A stretch of 64,000 bases of DNA from an uncultured Chloroflexia bacterium (GCA_963713975.1 OY970218.1:1984001-2048000); one strand, 5' to 3'; counted from the stretch's first letter, positions 19,007-30,221 are shown. Notes: a model not told the origin generated them from the letters alone. Program-made: numbers and translations.

Positions 19007-20440
19007 TCAGCGGCCCCCGCCCTGCAGGCGTCGGACGAGCAGCGCCACCGCCAGCCGGCGCCGTGATGCGTCGTCCAGCGGCCCGCCCAGCAGGGTCTCG
19101 ACCTTCTCCAGCCGGTAGGCGACCGTCCGGTTGGCGAGATGGAGGCGGCGCGCGGTCTCGCGCATGTTCTCGCCGGCGTCGAAGTACACCTGCAGCGTCT
19201 CCACCAGCTCCGGGCCCAGGCGCTCGTCCGCGAGGAGCGGCCCCAGCTCATGCTCGATGGCGGCCTCGCCCAGGTCCCGCTGGGCCAGCAGCAGGCGCTC
19301 GACGGCCAGGTGCCCGGGATCCGGGACCCATCCCCGCAGGCCCACGTCCTCCGCCGTCCGCGTGGCATCGATGAGGTCGGCGAGGGTGTCGGCCAGCTGC
19401 TCGACGGCATCGATGACCGGGGATCCGACGGCGACCCACGCCGAGGGACCGGTCTCCGTGGCGCCGCCACCGGCGGCCCTGACCGCCGAACGGCCACCAA
19501 GGACGTTGTCCAGGGCACGGGTGATCCGGCCCGGGCTGGGATGGTCGGCCCGGGCCAGGATCACGATCCGGCCGCGCATCGGCAGGACGACCGGCAGCCG
19601 GATGCCCGCCCCGGCCCCCTCCGCGCCTGCCGCGGCGGAACCGAGCAGGTGGCCGATCCGCCCGGCGAGGATCTCCAGGTCGTCCTGGTCGATCCCCGTG
19701 CGATCCGGCGTCGGATCCGCCTCGGGGCGGGGAGCGACGACCACCAGGTGCAGCGAGGAGTCGGGATCCAGGCCGAACCGGACGGCGACCCGCCGCAGCC
19801 TGGCGGTCGTGAGGGCGTCCGCGGGGATGACGCCCAGGATCTCCTGGAGCGCACCGCGACGGGCCTGCGCGTCGCGGGCGAGGATGTCGCGCTCCTCGGT
19901 GCGATAGCCGTCGGTCACGACGAGCGTCGTCACCTCGGTCCACATGAAGATCCAGCGGCCGAGCTCGCCGAGGTCGGCGCCGCCGAGCCGGCCCGCCCGC
20001 GCCGCATCAACGCAGTGGCCCCAGATGAGACGGCGGGTCGCCGCGAGGCGCGCGAGGTACAGGGCGAGACGCCTGCCGGACCGCGCGGCGACGGCGCCGG
20101 CCGCGCGCTGGATCGCGATCGCCGCCGCGACATCCAGCGCGTCGCGATCAGCCAGACGCGTCGCCTCGGCGAGCAGGCCATCGAGGGATGATGCGTTCCC
20201 CCTCCGTTCACGGCGGCGCAGGTCCGCCGGCCGCCCGGCCTGGGTGCGCTCGACGTCGAGCACGGCCCGGAGGTCGTCGAGCGACGCCGACACCGATCCG
20301 ACCAGCAGCGTGATCATCACGCTCGGCCGCACCTCGTCCACGGCCTCGTCCAGCTCGGCCGCGACGGTCACCGCGAGGATGTCGCCTTCGGGCAGCACCT
20401 CACGCAACGTGGCCCACCACGAGCGGGCGTCGGACTCCAT
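19007..20440 (-). CDS. PucR/CdaR family transcriptional regulator
   Basis: C-terminal LVETLQVYFD...NMRETARRLHL..RTVAYRLEKV HTH. Confidence 0.87.
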   Translation of the reverse strand: MESDARSWWATLREVLPEGDILAVTVAAELDEAVDEVRPSVMITLLVGSVSASLDDLRAVLDVERTQAGRPADLRRRERRGNASSLDGLLAEATRLADRDALDVAAAIAIQRAAGAVAARSGRRLALYLARLAATRRLIWGHCVDAARAGRLGGADLGELGRWIFMWTEVTTLVVTDGYRTEERDILARDAQARRGALQEILGVIPADALTTARLRRVAVRFGLDPDSSLHLVVVAPRPEADPTPDRTGIDQDDLEILAGRIGHLLGSAAAGAEGAGAGIRLPVVLPMRGRIVILARADHPSPGRITRALDNVLGGRSAVRAAGGGATETGPSAWVAVGSPVIDAVEQLADTLADLIDATRTAEDVGLRGWVPDPGHLAVERLLLAQRDLGEAAIEHELGPLLADERLGPELVETLQVYFDAGENMRETARRLHLANRTVAYRLEKVETLLGGPLDDASRRRLAVALLVRRLQGGGR

Positions 20441-20529
20441 GTCCGGTTCCTCCGTCGCCGCTCCACATGCGCCGGCTGTCCCAGCCCGGGTGCCGGGAGG
20501 TCGCGCCGGCCGATCACGGTCGAGTTGCA

Positions 20530-20558
20530 ACTATCGAACAGCCATTGCTGGATGGCAA
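20530..20558 (-). promoter_or_regulatory. Candidate sigma70 promoter of the PucR gene
   Basis: TTGCCA-N17-GATAGT on the minus strand, overlapping the palindrome AGTTGCAACT (20523-20532). Confidence 0.35.
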
Positions 20559-20631
20559 GCGTCAGCCGCGGTTCCAGCCGCCGGCGTCTGTGTGCTTCGA
20601 CTGCCGCGGTGCCGCAACCGGCCCAACGGGC

Positions 20632-21945
20632 TCAGGCGTTCGCGACCTCGTCCCGGAATGCACGAACGTCCTCGAGGCGACGGCGGAGCGCGTTGAGGAA
20701 CCGGGCGCCCATCTCTCCATCGACGATGCGGTGGTCGGCCGACAGGGTCAGCTTCATGACCTGCCGGATTCCGATGCCGCCATCGACGGCGACCGGGGTC
20801 GCCACGGCCGACGAGACCGCGAGGATCGCGGCCTCACCGGGATTGATGATCGCGCTGAACTCATCGACGCCGAACATGCCCAGGTTGCTCACCGTGAAGG
20901 TGGAACCGACGAGGTCGTCCACCGCGACGGTGCCCTCGCGGGCAGCGGCGGCCAGCGCCCCGACGCGGTCGTGCAGCTCGACGATCGTCATCCGATCGGC
21001 GTCGCGGACGACCGGCACGACGAGGCCAGCGGGAACGGAGACCGCGACGCCCAGGTGGACGCGGCGTCGGGGGAAGACCTGCTCGCCATCGGTCCGGGAG
21101 TTGACGTCCGGGAACTCCGCGAGGGTCTGGGCGGTGGCGGCGAGCACGAAGTCCGTGACGGTGAGGGCGTGACCCTCCGCCTTGAGCTCCGCGCGCAGGG
21201 CCATCACCCTGGTGACGTCCACGGCGACGGTCACCGTGAAATGGGGGGTCGTCTGCCAGCTGTTGGTCAGCCGCGCAGCGATGGTGCGGCGCATGCGGCT
21301 CAGCGGCCTGGGTTCCTCCTCGCCCTCGGCGGGGGGCACGGCGATCGGGGCGACGGGCGCCGCGACCGATCCGGCCGAAGGGGATGCCGTCGGCGCCGGG
21401 GCAGGTGCCGTGGCGGCGGCGTCCACCGCCGCCTGCACATCCCGCTCCACGATCCGACCGCCGGGACCGGTCCCGGTCAGGGTTCGGGGATCGAGTCCGG
21501 CCGTGGCCGCGAGCCGGCTGGCCCTGGGGCTGATCCTGAGCTTCTGGCCGTCCGCGACGGGAGCAGCCGGGGTGGACGATGCCGCCGCCGCAGGCGCTGC
21601 GGCGGTCGGCGTGGCGCCTGCGGCCACCGGAGTCGGCCGGGCCGCTGCAGCCTCGGCCGCCGGGACGAGCGCTGGCGCCGGTTCTGGCGCCTCGGGGACG
21701 GCCTCGCCGGCCTCGCCGATCCAGCCGCACACGGCGTTCACGGGTGCCGTCTCGCCGTCGGCAACGAGCTTGGCGAGGAGGACGCCCTCTTCGAAGGTCT
21801 CGACCTCCATCGCGCTCTTGTCGGTCTCGATCTCGAACAGGACGTCGCCGCGGTGGACCGGGTCGCCCACCTCAATGCGCCAGAGGGTGAGGACGCACTC
21901 CTCGGTCATCTGGCCGGGTTTCGGCATCAGGATCGGATGGGCCAT
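20632..21945 (-). CDS. Dihydrolipoamide acyltransferase (E2)
   Basis: Lipoyl motif ETDKSA, E3-binding ISPRASRLA...GTGPGGRI, catalytic DHRIVDG. Confidence 0.95.
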   Translation of the reverse strand: MAHPILMPKPGQMTEECVLTLWRIEVGDPVHRGDVLFEIETDKSAMEVETFEEGVLLAKLVADGETAPVNAVCGWIGEAGEAVPEAPEPAPALVPAAEAAAARPTPVAAGATPTAAAPAAAASSTPAAPVADGQKLRISPRASRLAATAGLDPRTLTGTGPGGRIVERDVQAAVDAAATAPAPAPTASPSAGSVAAPVAPIAVPPAEGEEEPRPLSRMRRTIAARLTNSWQTTPHFTVTVAVDVTRVMALRAELKAEGHALTVTDFVLAATAQTLAEFPDVNSRTDGEQVFPRRRVHLGVAVSVPAGLVVPVVRDADRMTIVELHDRVGALAAAAREGTVAVDDLVGSTFTVSNLGMFGVDEFSAIINPGEAAILAVSSAVATPVAVDGGIGIRQVMKLTLSADHRIVDGEMGARFLNALRRRLEDVRAFRDEVANA

Positions 21946-21988
21946 CGGTCTTGTTCCTCGGCGCTCGATGCTGCTTGACGGAGTCGGA

Positions 21989-24295
21989 TCAGATCAGGGC
22001 GGCCACGGCGGCGACGATGTCGCCGGTGTTCGGCAGGAAGGCCTGCTCGAGGCCCTCGGCCTGGGGGCTGATGCCCGCTGCCGCGCCGATCCGCCCCACG
22101 GGTCCATCGAGGTCGTCGAAGGCCTCGATCTGGATGCGGGCGACGATCTCGTTGACGAAGCTGCCGGTCAGGACGGCCTGGGCGGCGACAACGGCCCGGC
22201 CCGTCTTGCGGACGGAGGCGAGGATGGTGTCCATGTCCAGCGGGACCAGGCTGCGCAGGTCGATGACCTCGGTCGAAACACCGTGCTCGGTGGCCAGCAC
22301 GTCCGCCGCGGCGAGCGCGTCCGGCACGGCCGGGCCCCAGGCGACGATCGTGGCGTCCGTGCCCTCGCGCGCGACGCGAGCCTTGCCGATCTCGACCGTG
22401 TACTCCTCCTCGGGCACCTCGCCCTTGGTTGCGTAGAGGCCCTGGCTCTCGACGAACACGACCGGGTTGTTGGTCCGGATCGCGCTCTTGAGCAGGCCCT
22501 TGGCGTCCGCGGCCGTGGCCGGGTAGACGACCCACAGTCCCGGGATGTGGGTGAACAGGGATTCCAGGCTCTGCGAGTGCTGGCCGCCGTAGCCCTTGCC
22601 GGCGCCGACGGAGCAGCGGATGACGACCGGGACCTCCACCTGGCCGCCCGACATGTAGTGCCACTTGGCGGCCTGGTTCGCGATCTGGTCGGAGGACATC
22701 AGCGCGAAGTCCATGTACATCAGCTCGACCACCGGCCGCAGGCCGGCGATGCCCGCCCCGACGGCGGTTCCGCAGATGCACGCCTCGGAGATCGGGGTGT
22801 TGAACACCCGGTCCCGCCCGAAGGCCTCGACCAGGCCCTTGGTGAGCTTGAAGGCACCGCCGTAGTCGGCAACGTCCTCGCCGTAGAAGATGACCCGCTT
22901 GTCACGGCGCATCTCCTCCACGAGTGCCTCGCGCAGCGCATCGCGGTACAGGATCCGGCCCTCGGCGTCGCGCTTGGCGACGGGCGGCTCCGCAGCCAGG
23001 ACGACGTCGCCCGCGCCCTCGGGGAGCGTCTCGGACGTGCCGTCGGTGTAGAGCAGGTCGAGCAGCGTGGCGGGATCCGGGTCGGTCGCTGCGGCGGCGC
23101 GGACGGCAGCGCGGGCGTTGCGGTCGGCGACGCCGGCGACGACGGCAGCGACCTCCTCGGCCGTGGCGACGCCGGTCTCGACCAGCTGGCCCTTGAGCCG
23201 CTCGATCGGGTCCGCCGCCTTCCAGGCAGCCTCTTCGTCGCGGGTGCGGTACTCGTTCCGCGGGTCCGAGAGCGAGTGGCCGTAGTAGCGGTAGGTGGAC
23301 GCCTCGATGAGGACCGGGCCCTCGCCGGCCCGGCAGAGCTCCGCGGCCCGGGTGACGGCGTCGCGGACCGCGAGGACGTCCATGCCGTTCACCACCTCGG
23401 CATGCATGTTGTTCGTGGCGAACCCGGCGGCTCGACGCGCGAGATGGGCGATGCCCATCACCTCGTCGTCGGTGCGATGGGTCATGCCGTAGTGGTTGTT
23501 CTGGATGAAGAAGATGATCGGCAGGCCGTAGGGGATGTCCCCGGCCAGGTGGTTGGTCCACTGGTGCTGGGCTGCCCAGTTGAGCGACTCGAGCACCACG
23601 CCGTTGGCGTAAGCCCCGTCGCCCGCGAAGCAGCACACCACCGCGTCGGAGCGTTCGTAGCGGCGGGCCATGGCCGCGCCCGTCGCGATCGGGACCGAGC
23701 CGCCGACGATGGCGTTGGCACCCAGGTTGCCGGTCGAGAAGTCGCCGATGTGCATGCCGCCGCCCCGCCCGCGGCTGTAACCCTCGTCCTTGCCGAAGAG
23801 CTCCGCGATCACCCGGTAGACGTGCTCCTCGAGCGCGGTCTCGAGCAGGACGTCGCGGGTCGCATCGGCGGCCGACCCGGTCCGCGAGCGCAGCTCCTCA
23901 TCGGTCATCTGGCGCAGGGCAGAGAAGCCCTTCGCGATCGCGTCGCCGTGGCCGCGATGGGAGCTGGTCACGTTGTCCGTCACCCGCAGGACGGACGACG
24001 CGCCGACGGCCGATGCCTCCTGTCCGATCGAGACATGCGTCGGGCCCCGGTAGTCGTAGCCGGGGAGGGGCTCGTAGCCGCCTCCGGAGCGCAGCCGGAC
24101 GATCATCTCCTCCATCTCGCGGATGGCCAGCATGTCGTCCAGCAGGCCCAGGGCCTGCACCTTGTCGAGCGCCCCCGACGCCACCTCGCCGGCCAGGTCG
24201 CCGGCATAGGTGAAGCCACGGATCACGCCCAGCGACTCCTCGAACGGCGCGAAGTCGGGGCGGGTGTCGCTGCGGTAGACGGTCTCGGTAGTCAT
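21989..24295 (-). CDS. TPP-dependent dehydrogenase E1, fused alpha+beta subunits (acetoin/pyruvate dehydrogenase-like)
   Basis: H.SIGQEA, SHRGHG, GRGGGMH, GDGAYANG...QNN, YYGHSLSD; beta half GEDVA.YGGAF, NTPISE, GQHSQ, IDLRSLVPLD. Confidence 0.93.
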   Translation of the reverse strand: MTTETVYRSDTRPDFAPFEESLGVIRGFTYAGDLAGEVASGALDKVQALGLLDDMLAIREMEEMIVRLRSGGGYEPLPGYDYRGPTHVSIGQEASAVGASSVLRVTDNVTSSHRGHGDAIAKGFSALRQMTDEELRSRTGSAADATRDVLLETALEEHVYRVIAELFGKDEGYSRGRGGGMHIGDFSTGNLGANAIVGGSVPIATGAAMARRYERSDAVVCCFAGDGAYANGVVLESLNWAAQHQWTNHLAGDIPYGLPIIFFIQNNHYGMTHRTDDEVMGIAHLARRAAGFATNNMHAEVVNGMDVLAVRDAVTRAAELCRAGEGPVLIEASTYRYYGHSLSDPRNEYRTRDEEAAWKAADPIERLKGQLVETGVATAEEVAAVVAGVADRNARAAVRAAAATDPDPATLLDLLYTDGTSETLPEGAGDVVLAAEPPVAKRDAEGRILYRDALREALVEEMRRDKRVIFYGEDVADYGGAFKLTKGLVEAFGRDRVFNTPISEACICGTAVGAGIAGLRPVVELMYMDFALMSSDQIANQAAKWHYMSGGQVEVPVVIRCSVGAGKGYGGQHSQSLESLFTHIPGLWVVYPATAADAKGLLKSAIRTNNPVVFVESQGLYATKGEVPEEEYTVEIGKARVAREGTDATIVAWGPAVPDALAAADVLATEHGVSTEVIDLRSLVPLDMDTILASVRKTGRAVVAAQAVLTGSFVNEIVARIQIEAFDDLDGPVGRIGAAAGISPQAEGLEQAFLPNTGDIVAAVAALI

Positions 24296-24316
24296 CGGCT
24301 GGGCTCCTGGAACTGG

Positions 24317-25276
24317 TCAGCCTGCAAGCAGCAGGCGGGCGGTGTCCTCGGTGGTGACGAGGCGATGGATGAGGCCGCTCCGGAGCGCTGCCCGGATGGC
24401 GGGGACCTTGCCGGCCCCGTCGGCGACGGCGATGACGTCGGGGACCCTGCGCAGCTGGTCCTCGCGGATGGCGATACAGCGGTCCGGCAGGCCGGCGGCC
24501 GCGACCGGGCTGCCGTTCGCATCGAGCACGATCGAGCACAGGTCAGCGACGCCGCCCGCGCCATCCACGGCCCTGGCATCGTCCGGGGAGAGGGCCGCGC
24601 GGATCGTCGACCCGCCCGGGAGCCATGCCCCGATGCCTACGGCCGCACGAGTGAGGGAGTCGAACATGCCCACGCTCTTGGACGCCATCGCGTCCTGCAT
24701 CAAGGCCTGGGCCATATCCGGGTCCTGCACGAGCAGGGGAACATGAAGTGGGAAGACCGGCCCCGTCGCCCGCTCCGCGATGCGACGCACGAGCTCCAGG
24801 GAGTTCACGTCCAGCTCGAGGGTCGGGACGCTGCCAACGAGCTGGACGACCGAGCAGGCGGGCAGGCGTGGCAGCTGCTCAACCATCGCGTGCAGCGTTC
24901 GACCCCACGAGATCCCCAGGACATCCGAGGCCTCGAGCGTGTCGGCGAGGACGGCTGCTGCGGCACGGCCCAACTGGGCCGCGCGGAGCTCGTCAGGGCC
25001 CGCAATAGTGCGGACGACGACGGCGCCGCGGATCCCGTGCCTCCGGGCGACCTCGTCCGCGAGCGCGAGGTCCAGCTCCGGGAGCGGGTCGATGTCGATC
25101 CGGACGATCCCGTCGCGGCGGGCCTGCTCCAGCAGCCGGGCGACCCTGAAGCGCGAGATGCCGAGCTCGGCCGCGATCTCGCTCTTGCTGGCGCCGTCGA
25201 GGTAGTAGCGCCGGCAGGCCAGCACCGTGTTGACGAGGTGCAGGCGCGATGCCGGGGCGTGGGTCTCGGAGACCAT
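24317..25276 (-). CDS. SorC/DeoR family sugar-binding transcriptional regulator
   Basis: YYLDG.SK.EIA.ELGISRFRVARLL..AR..GIV.I HTH; GISWGRT; K..AI.AAL..G....LVT. Confidence 0.92.
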   Translation of the reverse strand: MVSETHAPASRLHLVNTVLACRRYYLDGASKSEIAAELGISRFRVARLLEQARRDGIVRIDIDPLPELDLALADEVARRHGIRGAVVVRTIAGPDELRAAQLGRAAAAVLADTLEASDVLGISWGRTLHAMVEQLPRLPACSVVQLVGSVPTLELDVNSLELVRRIAERATGPVFPLHVPLLVQDPDMAQALMQDAMASKSVGMFDSLTRAAVGIGAWLPGGSTIRAALSPDDARAVDGAGGVADLCSIVLDANGSPVAAAGLPDRCIAIREDQLRRVPDVIAVADGAGKVPAIRAALRSGLIHRLVTTEDTARLLLAG

Positions 25277-25282
25277 GCGTTG

Positions 25283-25325
25283 ATCCTACGACTCAATCAA
25301 ATGAGCGTCAAGTGCTCAAACGAGC
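25283..25325 (-). promoter_or_regulatory. Sigma70 promoter (likely leaderless) with putative SorC operators
   Basis: TTGACG-N17-TAGGAT, 6 nt before the ATG. Imperfect palindromes ATCAAATGAGCG and GCTCAAACGAGC flank the -35. Confidence 0.65.
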
Positions 25326-25661
25326 GATTCAGGTATCGCAACGTCCGCGCTGGTCCGGTCGGGCGAGGTCAGTGGCGTCGGTCACGCAAGACGACCGCGG
25401 AGCCCGGTTGCCAGGTCCCGGCCGCCGAGCGTCCGCAACTGCTCGTGACCAGTCTCATGGTCACAAGCGTGGCGCTCAACGCCCCGCAGGCAGGTCGTCG
25501 AGCACGACAGCATTCCCTACGGCGTGGGCGCCTTAGTGTCCCGGTTCGCAAGTCGTTCGCGGGCTGGCAAGAGCCTGAGCCCGTCGTATCACGGCTGGTG
25601 ATCTGGAGCCGTTGAGCCTGACCGCCAGCGCCATCTCACCAGCGATCAGCGGTGCGGGACC

Positions 25662-27986
25662 CTAGCTCGCTGCGCGGATCAGCTGCGCCAGTGCGTCCCG
25701 GTCGGCCGCCAGGAGCTCGGCGATCCGCGCCGGGTTCACGTCCGCCACGATGATCTGGCCGACCTCCGTGCTGACGTCGCCGTAGATCCCCTGCGCCTGC
25801 ATCCGTTCGGTCTGGATCTGGTTGTCCGCCGTGGGGCTCACGTAGTGGACCGTGTCCGCCCGGTAGCGGTGGATCAGGTACAGGTGGATCAGTGTCATGA
25901 GGCGCTTGCGGCGCAGAGACGGGTCGAAGGTGTCCTGGTCGCGCACCGACAGGATGGAGCGGCCGCGCCGGTCGTGGATGGGCGCGAAGACCACGGCCGC
26001 CAGCTTCTCGTCGCGGCCGTCGACCAGGCACAGCTCCAGCAGCTCGGAGCCGGCGCGGTGCGGGAGCAGCCGGACCCGGAGCCGGCCATCGACCCCGTTG
26101 TGGTCCGCCCACAGGGCGAGCCACTCCTCGAGGAGCTTCTTGGGCACCTCGGTCGTGATGGCGTGCTGATGCTGCGTGGATCCCTTGCCCATCGCCATCG
26201 TCGTGGCCGTCCGGCCCGACGAGGCGAGGAGCGCCGCGTCCAGTCGCGGGCCGCCGACCAGCGTCTGGGGCGTCCGGTATGGCGACTCGACGAGGCGGAT
26301 CTTCCGCTGGAGCCGGGCCAGGGCGAGCATCCCCTCTTCGCGCAGCGAGGTGGCGAACTCCTCGGATGCAACGCCGTCGAGCTGGTGTCCACCGTACGTG
26401 ATGAAGTTGAAGACGAAGCCCATCTTCCCGAGCTCCTCGGGGAAGCGGCGCATGTCGTCGTCACTCATGCCCGTCGAGTCCCAGTTGAAGGACGGCGAGA
26501 GGTTGTACGCGAGCATCTGGTCAGGGAATACCGCATGGATGGCGTCTGCGAACTGTCGCGCGTCCTCGAGGTCCGCCGTCTTCGTCTCCATCCACAGCAG
26601 GTCCGCGAACGGCGCCGCGGCCAGCGACTTGGCGATGGCGTACGGGATCCCGCCCTGGACCTGGTAGTAGCCCTCGGGCGTCGTGGCGAGCTCCGGGTCC
26701 CAGGCCACCTCGAGGCCTATCGACCGGACCCGCTCACGTGCGACCGCGTGCGACGCGTTCCGCGCGAACGCGAGCCACGCATCCGCGGTGAGCCCGTGCG
26801 CCGCGCCTTCGGCCTCGGTCTCGCGCTGGCGGAGGTGGTCAGCGACGGCATCGGCGTAGGTCGCGAGGCCTGCCTCGCCCTCCCAGACCCCGAGGAACGC
26901 TTCGGCCGTGCGCTCGAAGACCAGGTCCACGTCTGCTCCGGCGAGGATCTCGGTTGTGGCGGCCGCCGACACCGTGGCCGCGAGGCCGGTCCGTGCCAGC
27001 CACGCATCTGCGGCCCTGTACTCGCCCTCGGTGATTGCGTAGGACAGGTGTCCGTTGAGCTCGTCGACGCCGGCTGCGTGGAAGGCGCGCAGGACCGCGA
27101 GGTACGCGATCCTGTAGGAGGGGACATCGAGGTTGGTCACGCCCAGGATGAACGGCTGGTCGCGCTCGTCGGCACGGCTCTCGAGGAGGTTCGCGGCCTC
27201 GGCGTCCGTGCGGGCCACGATGATCCCCGGCACGCGCATGACGTCGAGCTGGAAGCGCGCGGCGTTTAGGCGCTTGATCTGCTCGTTGGAGCTCACCAGC
27301 ACCTTGCCGCCCTGGTGGCCGCACTTCTTGGTGCCGGGCCGCTGGTCCTCGATGTGGTAGCCGGGGACGCCGGCCTCCACGAACCGCCGCACGAGATTGC
27401 GTACATGGGGGTCGCCGCCATGCCCAGTGTCCGCGTCCGCGATGATGAACGGCCGGTAGTCCACGGCCGGCGTCAAGGCGCGCTGGGCCTCGGTCATTCG
27501 CGAGCGCAGGTACTGCTGGTTGCGGTCCGCGGTCAGGAGGGCGCGCACGAGAGCCGCGGCCTCGTCCGGGACCTGGGAGAGGGGGTAGGACGCCAGGTCG
27601 GGGCCGGGATCCTCGGTCGCGGAGCCCTTGGCGGAGGTGGCCCAGCCGCCGAGGTAGATCCCCTCGATGCCCAATCGCTTGATCACCACGGCCTGCCCGG
27701 GCGAGTACGGCCCGAACGTCGTGATGCTCCGGCGCTGCGCGAAGAGCTCGCGCAGGCGAGCGTGGAACGCCGACGCGGCCTCGCGGGCCACGGAGTGGTC
27801 CGTGGCGATGGTGCCCCGCTGCTCCACGACCTGGCGTGCGGCGTGGAGGCGAGTGATGCCTGCGAACCTCGTGTCCGCGAACCAGGCACGGGTCGCGGCG
27901 ACGTCCTCGTCGAAGGGCGTGGGCCCGGACGTGGCCGGGCCGGGCACGCCGGTGGCGTCGGTCGGTGGGAGGGCGGGGGCGGTCAT
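25662..27986 (-). CDS. aceA: Isocitrate lyase, long ICL2 type
   Basis: [13 protein letters not shown], catalytic [30 protein letters not shown]; 774 aa with an extra C-terminal domain. Confidence 0.95.
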   Translation of the reverse strand: MTAPALPPTDATGVPGPATSGPTPFDEDVAATRAWFADTRFAGITRLHAARQVVEQRGTIATDHSVAREAASAFHARLRELFAQRRSITTFGPYSPGQAVVIKRLGIEGIYLGGWATSAKGSATEDPGPDLASYPLSQVPDEAAALVRALLTADRNQQYLRSRMTEAQRALTPAVDYRPFIIADADTGHGGDPHVRNLVRRFVEAGVPGYHIEDQRPGTKKCGHQGGKVLVSSNEQIKRLNAARFQLDVMRVPGIIVARTDAEAANLLESRADERDQPFILGVTNLDVPSYRIAYLAVLRAFHAAGVDELNGHLSYAITEGEYRAADAWLARTGLAATVSAAATTEILAGADVDLVFERTAEAFLGVWEGEAGLATYADAVADHLRQRETEAEGAAHGLTADAWLAFARNASHAVARERVRSIGLEVAWDPELATTPEGYYQVQGGIPYAIAKSLAAAPFADLLWMETKTADLEDARQFADAIHAVFPDQMLAYNLSPSFNWDSTGMSDDDMRRFPEELGKMGFVFNFITYGGHQLDGVASEEFATSLREEGMLALARLQRKIRLVESPYRTPQTLVGGPRLDAALLASSGRTATTMAMGKGSTQHQHAITTEVPKKLLEEWLALWADHNGVDGRLRVRLLPHRAGSELLELCLVDGRDEKLAAVVFAPIHDRRGRSILSVRDQDTFDPSLRRKRLMTLIHLYLIHRYRADTVHYVSPTADNQIQTERMQAQGIYGDVSTEVGQIIVADVNPARIAELLAADRDALAQLIRAAS

Positions 27987-28002
27987 GGTGGGCGACTCCA
28001 GC

Positions 28003-29901
28003 TCAGGCGGGGATGGGTTCGACGTCGAAGTCGGGGTTTGCGGTCAGGCGGGCGCCCGCTCGCTCGAGTGCGGTCATGTACGCCGCAATCCGCTCGCGCG
28101 CGACCGCGATGTCGTTCGAGCCGAGCTCCAGGTTGAGCAGGTCGACGTACCAGGGCGGCTTGGTGTCGGTGAGGACGTACGCCTCCACGATCTCCCGCGC
28201 GACCGGCAGCGTGGCCACCTTGGAGTCGTCGTGGACGTCGCGGTTGTCGGCCGCCAGCAGCTTGGCGTGCTCCTCGTCGAGCAGCCGGGAGAACAGCGCC
28301 GTCGTCAGCGGGTCGCCGGCGCGGATGCCGGTGCCGGGGTCGGGCTCGGTGAATGGCGCGGCCTTGTGGAGCCACTCCCAGAGGATCGAGAGCCGGATCT
28401 CGCCTGTCGCCATGTCCTCCATCAGATAGAGGACATCGTCGTCGCCGAAGAAGTCGGCGGGCTTGAGCGCCGCCGCCTGGAAGCCTCGCAGGAACGCGTT
28501 CCCGTATTGCAGCCCGACAGAGAGCAGATCCCGGGCACCGCGCACGGATCGCGGGGCGGGCTCGAGGGCGGTGAGCGCAGCGGCGTCCTCAGGCGTGTGG
28601 GTGAGGGCTGGGAACACGCGTCCCAGCTGGTTGTCCTCGCCGGCGCGCTCCCAGACGGGGCGGACGATGTGGACCATCTTCCAGTGGGCGACCCACTTGC
28701 CCGATGCTCCCTCGCGCTGTTCCCGCTGGGCGCCGGCAAGGGCCTTGCGCATGGCCGCCTCCACGCCCACCGCGGAGCCGACGGGGATCTGGGCCTCCAT
28801 GCCGCCCTGCCACAGCGCGAACCTGCCGTCGCGGTCCGGCGTGTTCACGGCGCGCCGAACGCGGTCCTCGTACGCGCGCATGTACGAGTAGGTCATGCCG
28901 ACCGCGTCGATATTCGGGTTGGCGAACGACGGGTCGCCGTGGCGGGCATCCGCGACCGAGTTGATGTAGTCCCAGCGCCCGGTGTTGTACCCGACGAAAT
29001 GGACCCCGAGCGCGGCCCGGATCTCGAGCAGTTGAAACGAGGCCTCCAGCTGCTCCACGAGGACGTAGACGCGGATCGTCCCGGCCGGCAGACCCAGCTG
29101 CACCTCGAGGGCGTCGAGGATCTCGGCCCACAACGCGGCCTCCCCGGCGGTCTGGATCTTGGGCAGGTAGAGGACGATCGAGCGCCCCTCTTCGCACAGG
29201 GTCGCGCCGTTCGCCGTCAGGTAGAGAACGGTGTCCACGATGGACGCCGAGAGCCCGGTCCCATCGGACCAGCGGACGTGGCGGTCGTCCAGGTGCAGGC
29301 CTCGGGCCCGGAAGATCCGCGTCGTGACGGCGAGCTGGGCCCGCGGGTCGTCGACGATCCGGCGCCCCAGGAATCCCTCCGCCCAGGTGTTCATCTCGCC
29401 GGCGACCTCCTCGGCTACGCGGAGGAACCGCGGGTCCATCGCGAACGCGAGCCGCAGGTTGCGCTGGTTGTCGAGCGACATCGTGTCGATCTGGCCCAAG
29501 GCGTCCTCGCCGTCGAACATCCAGCCGTCGGCGCCCGAGAGCAGCGCGTAGGCGACGTTGCGCAGCCCCTGCTCGACCGTGGCGCGCGGGCGGGCCGCGG
29601 GCCCGGTGCCCTGGATCCACTGACGGCGCAGGTCGCCCGGGATCGGCCCGCCGGTGAAGCGCCCGGCGCGGGCATCGGCGACACGGATGGACGTGCGTGG
29701 GATCAGCGTCTCCCCGCCGAGGAAGGCCAGGGGTTCGCCGGTCGCCGCGCGGTGCTGCCGACGCACCATGCGGGCCGCCATGAGATCGCGCCGGGCCTCG
29801 TCAAGCGGGGCGAGGGCATCGAGCACGTCCAGCGCGGCCGGCGTCAGGACGTCGGCGTACGCGGGCAGGACGCCGGATCGGATCTCGAGGGTGGCTCGCA
29901 T
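28003..29901 (-). CDS. aceB: Malate synthase
   Basis: [45 protein letters not shown]; lies next to aceA. Confidence 0.92.
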   Translation of the reverse strand: MRATLEIRSGVLPAYADVLTPAALDVLDALAPLDEARRDLMAARMVRRQHRAATGEPLAFLGGETLIPRTSIRVADARAGRFTGGPIPGDLRRQWIQGTGPAARPRATVEQGLRNVAYALLSGADGWMFDGEDALGQIDTMSLDNQRNLRLAFAMDPRFLRVAEEVAGEMNTWAEGFLGRRIVDDPRAQLAVTTRIFRARGLHLDDRHVRWSDGTGLSASIVDTVLYLTANGATLCEEGRSIVLYLPKIQTAGEAALWAEILDALEVQLGLPAGTIRVYVLVEQLEASFQLLEIRAALGVHFVGYNTGRWDYINSVADARHGDPSFANPNIDAVGMTYSYMRAYEDRVRRAVNTPDRDGRFALWQGGMEAQIPVGSAVGVEAAMRKALAGAQREQREGASGKWVAHWKMVHIVRPVWERAGEDNQLGRVFPALTHTPEDAAALTALEPAPRSVRGARDLLSVGLQYGNAFLRGFQAAALKPADFFGDDDVLYLMEDMATGEIRLSILWEWLHKAAPFTEPDPGTGIRAGDPLTTALFSRLLDEEHAKLLAADNRDVHDDSKVATLPVAREIVEAYVLTDTKPPWYVDLLNLELGSNDIAVARERIAAYMTALERAGARLTANPDFDVEPIPA

Positions 29902-29909
29902 CGGGTGGT

Positions 29910-30101
29910 CTACTCGTTCTCGTGGTCGCGCAGGCAGTCGGCGGGACAGCCGCACTCGGCGGCAAGCGCGAGCGAGACGACCGGATTGAAGCGCTGGGCG
30001 GCAATGGTCCAACCCCAGGGCGCGATCGTCAGGCCGGGGGCGGGCCAGGCGGTGGCGGCGGGTTCGGGCTGGGCGCGGCGGGGTTCGGGCTGCTTCGGCA
30101 T
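29910..30101 (-). CDS. 63-aa mini-protein with C-terminal CGCPADCLRDHENE, first gene of the glyoxylate operon
   Basis: AAGGAG RBS before the ATG at 30101; stop 8 nt before the aceB ATG. Confidence 0.6.
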   Translation of the reverse strand: MPKQPEPRRAQPEPAATAWPAPGLTIAPWGWTIAAQRFNPVVSLALAAECGCPADCLRDHENE

Positions 30102-30188
30102 CGTGGGGGCTCCTTCCGTCGGGTTCGCGGGAGCCGTATCCTGCACGGAGTCCGGTACATCAGTCCAATCGAATGATACGATCAGGTA

Positions 30189-30205
30189 CATCAACTCCAT
30201 TGATG
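30189..30205. promoter_or_regulatory. LysR-type binding box
   Basis: CATCAA-CTCCA-TTGATG inverted repeat containing T-N11-A, in the divergent lysR/aceB intergenic region. Confidence 0.7.
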
Positions 30206-30221
30206 AAGCGGACCACGAACC

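Noticed and set aside
20632-24295. Housekeeping pyruvate dehydrogenase (pdhABC) assignment
   Set aside because: Fused E1 with insertions, no E3, and led by a sugar-binding repressor; the substrate cannot be assigned from sequence.
21182-25615. 1477-aa ORF on the + strand
   Set aside because: Antisense shadow of the E2/E1/SorC genes; no motifs; expected in high-GC DNA.
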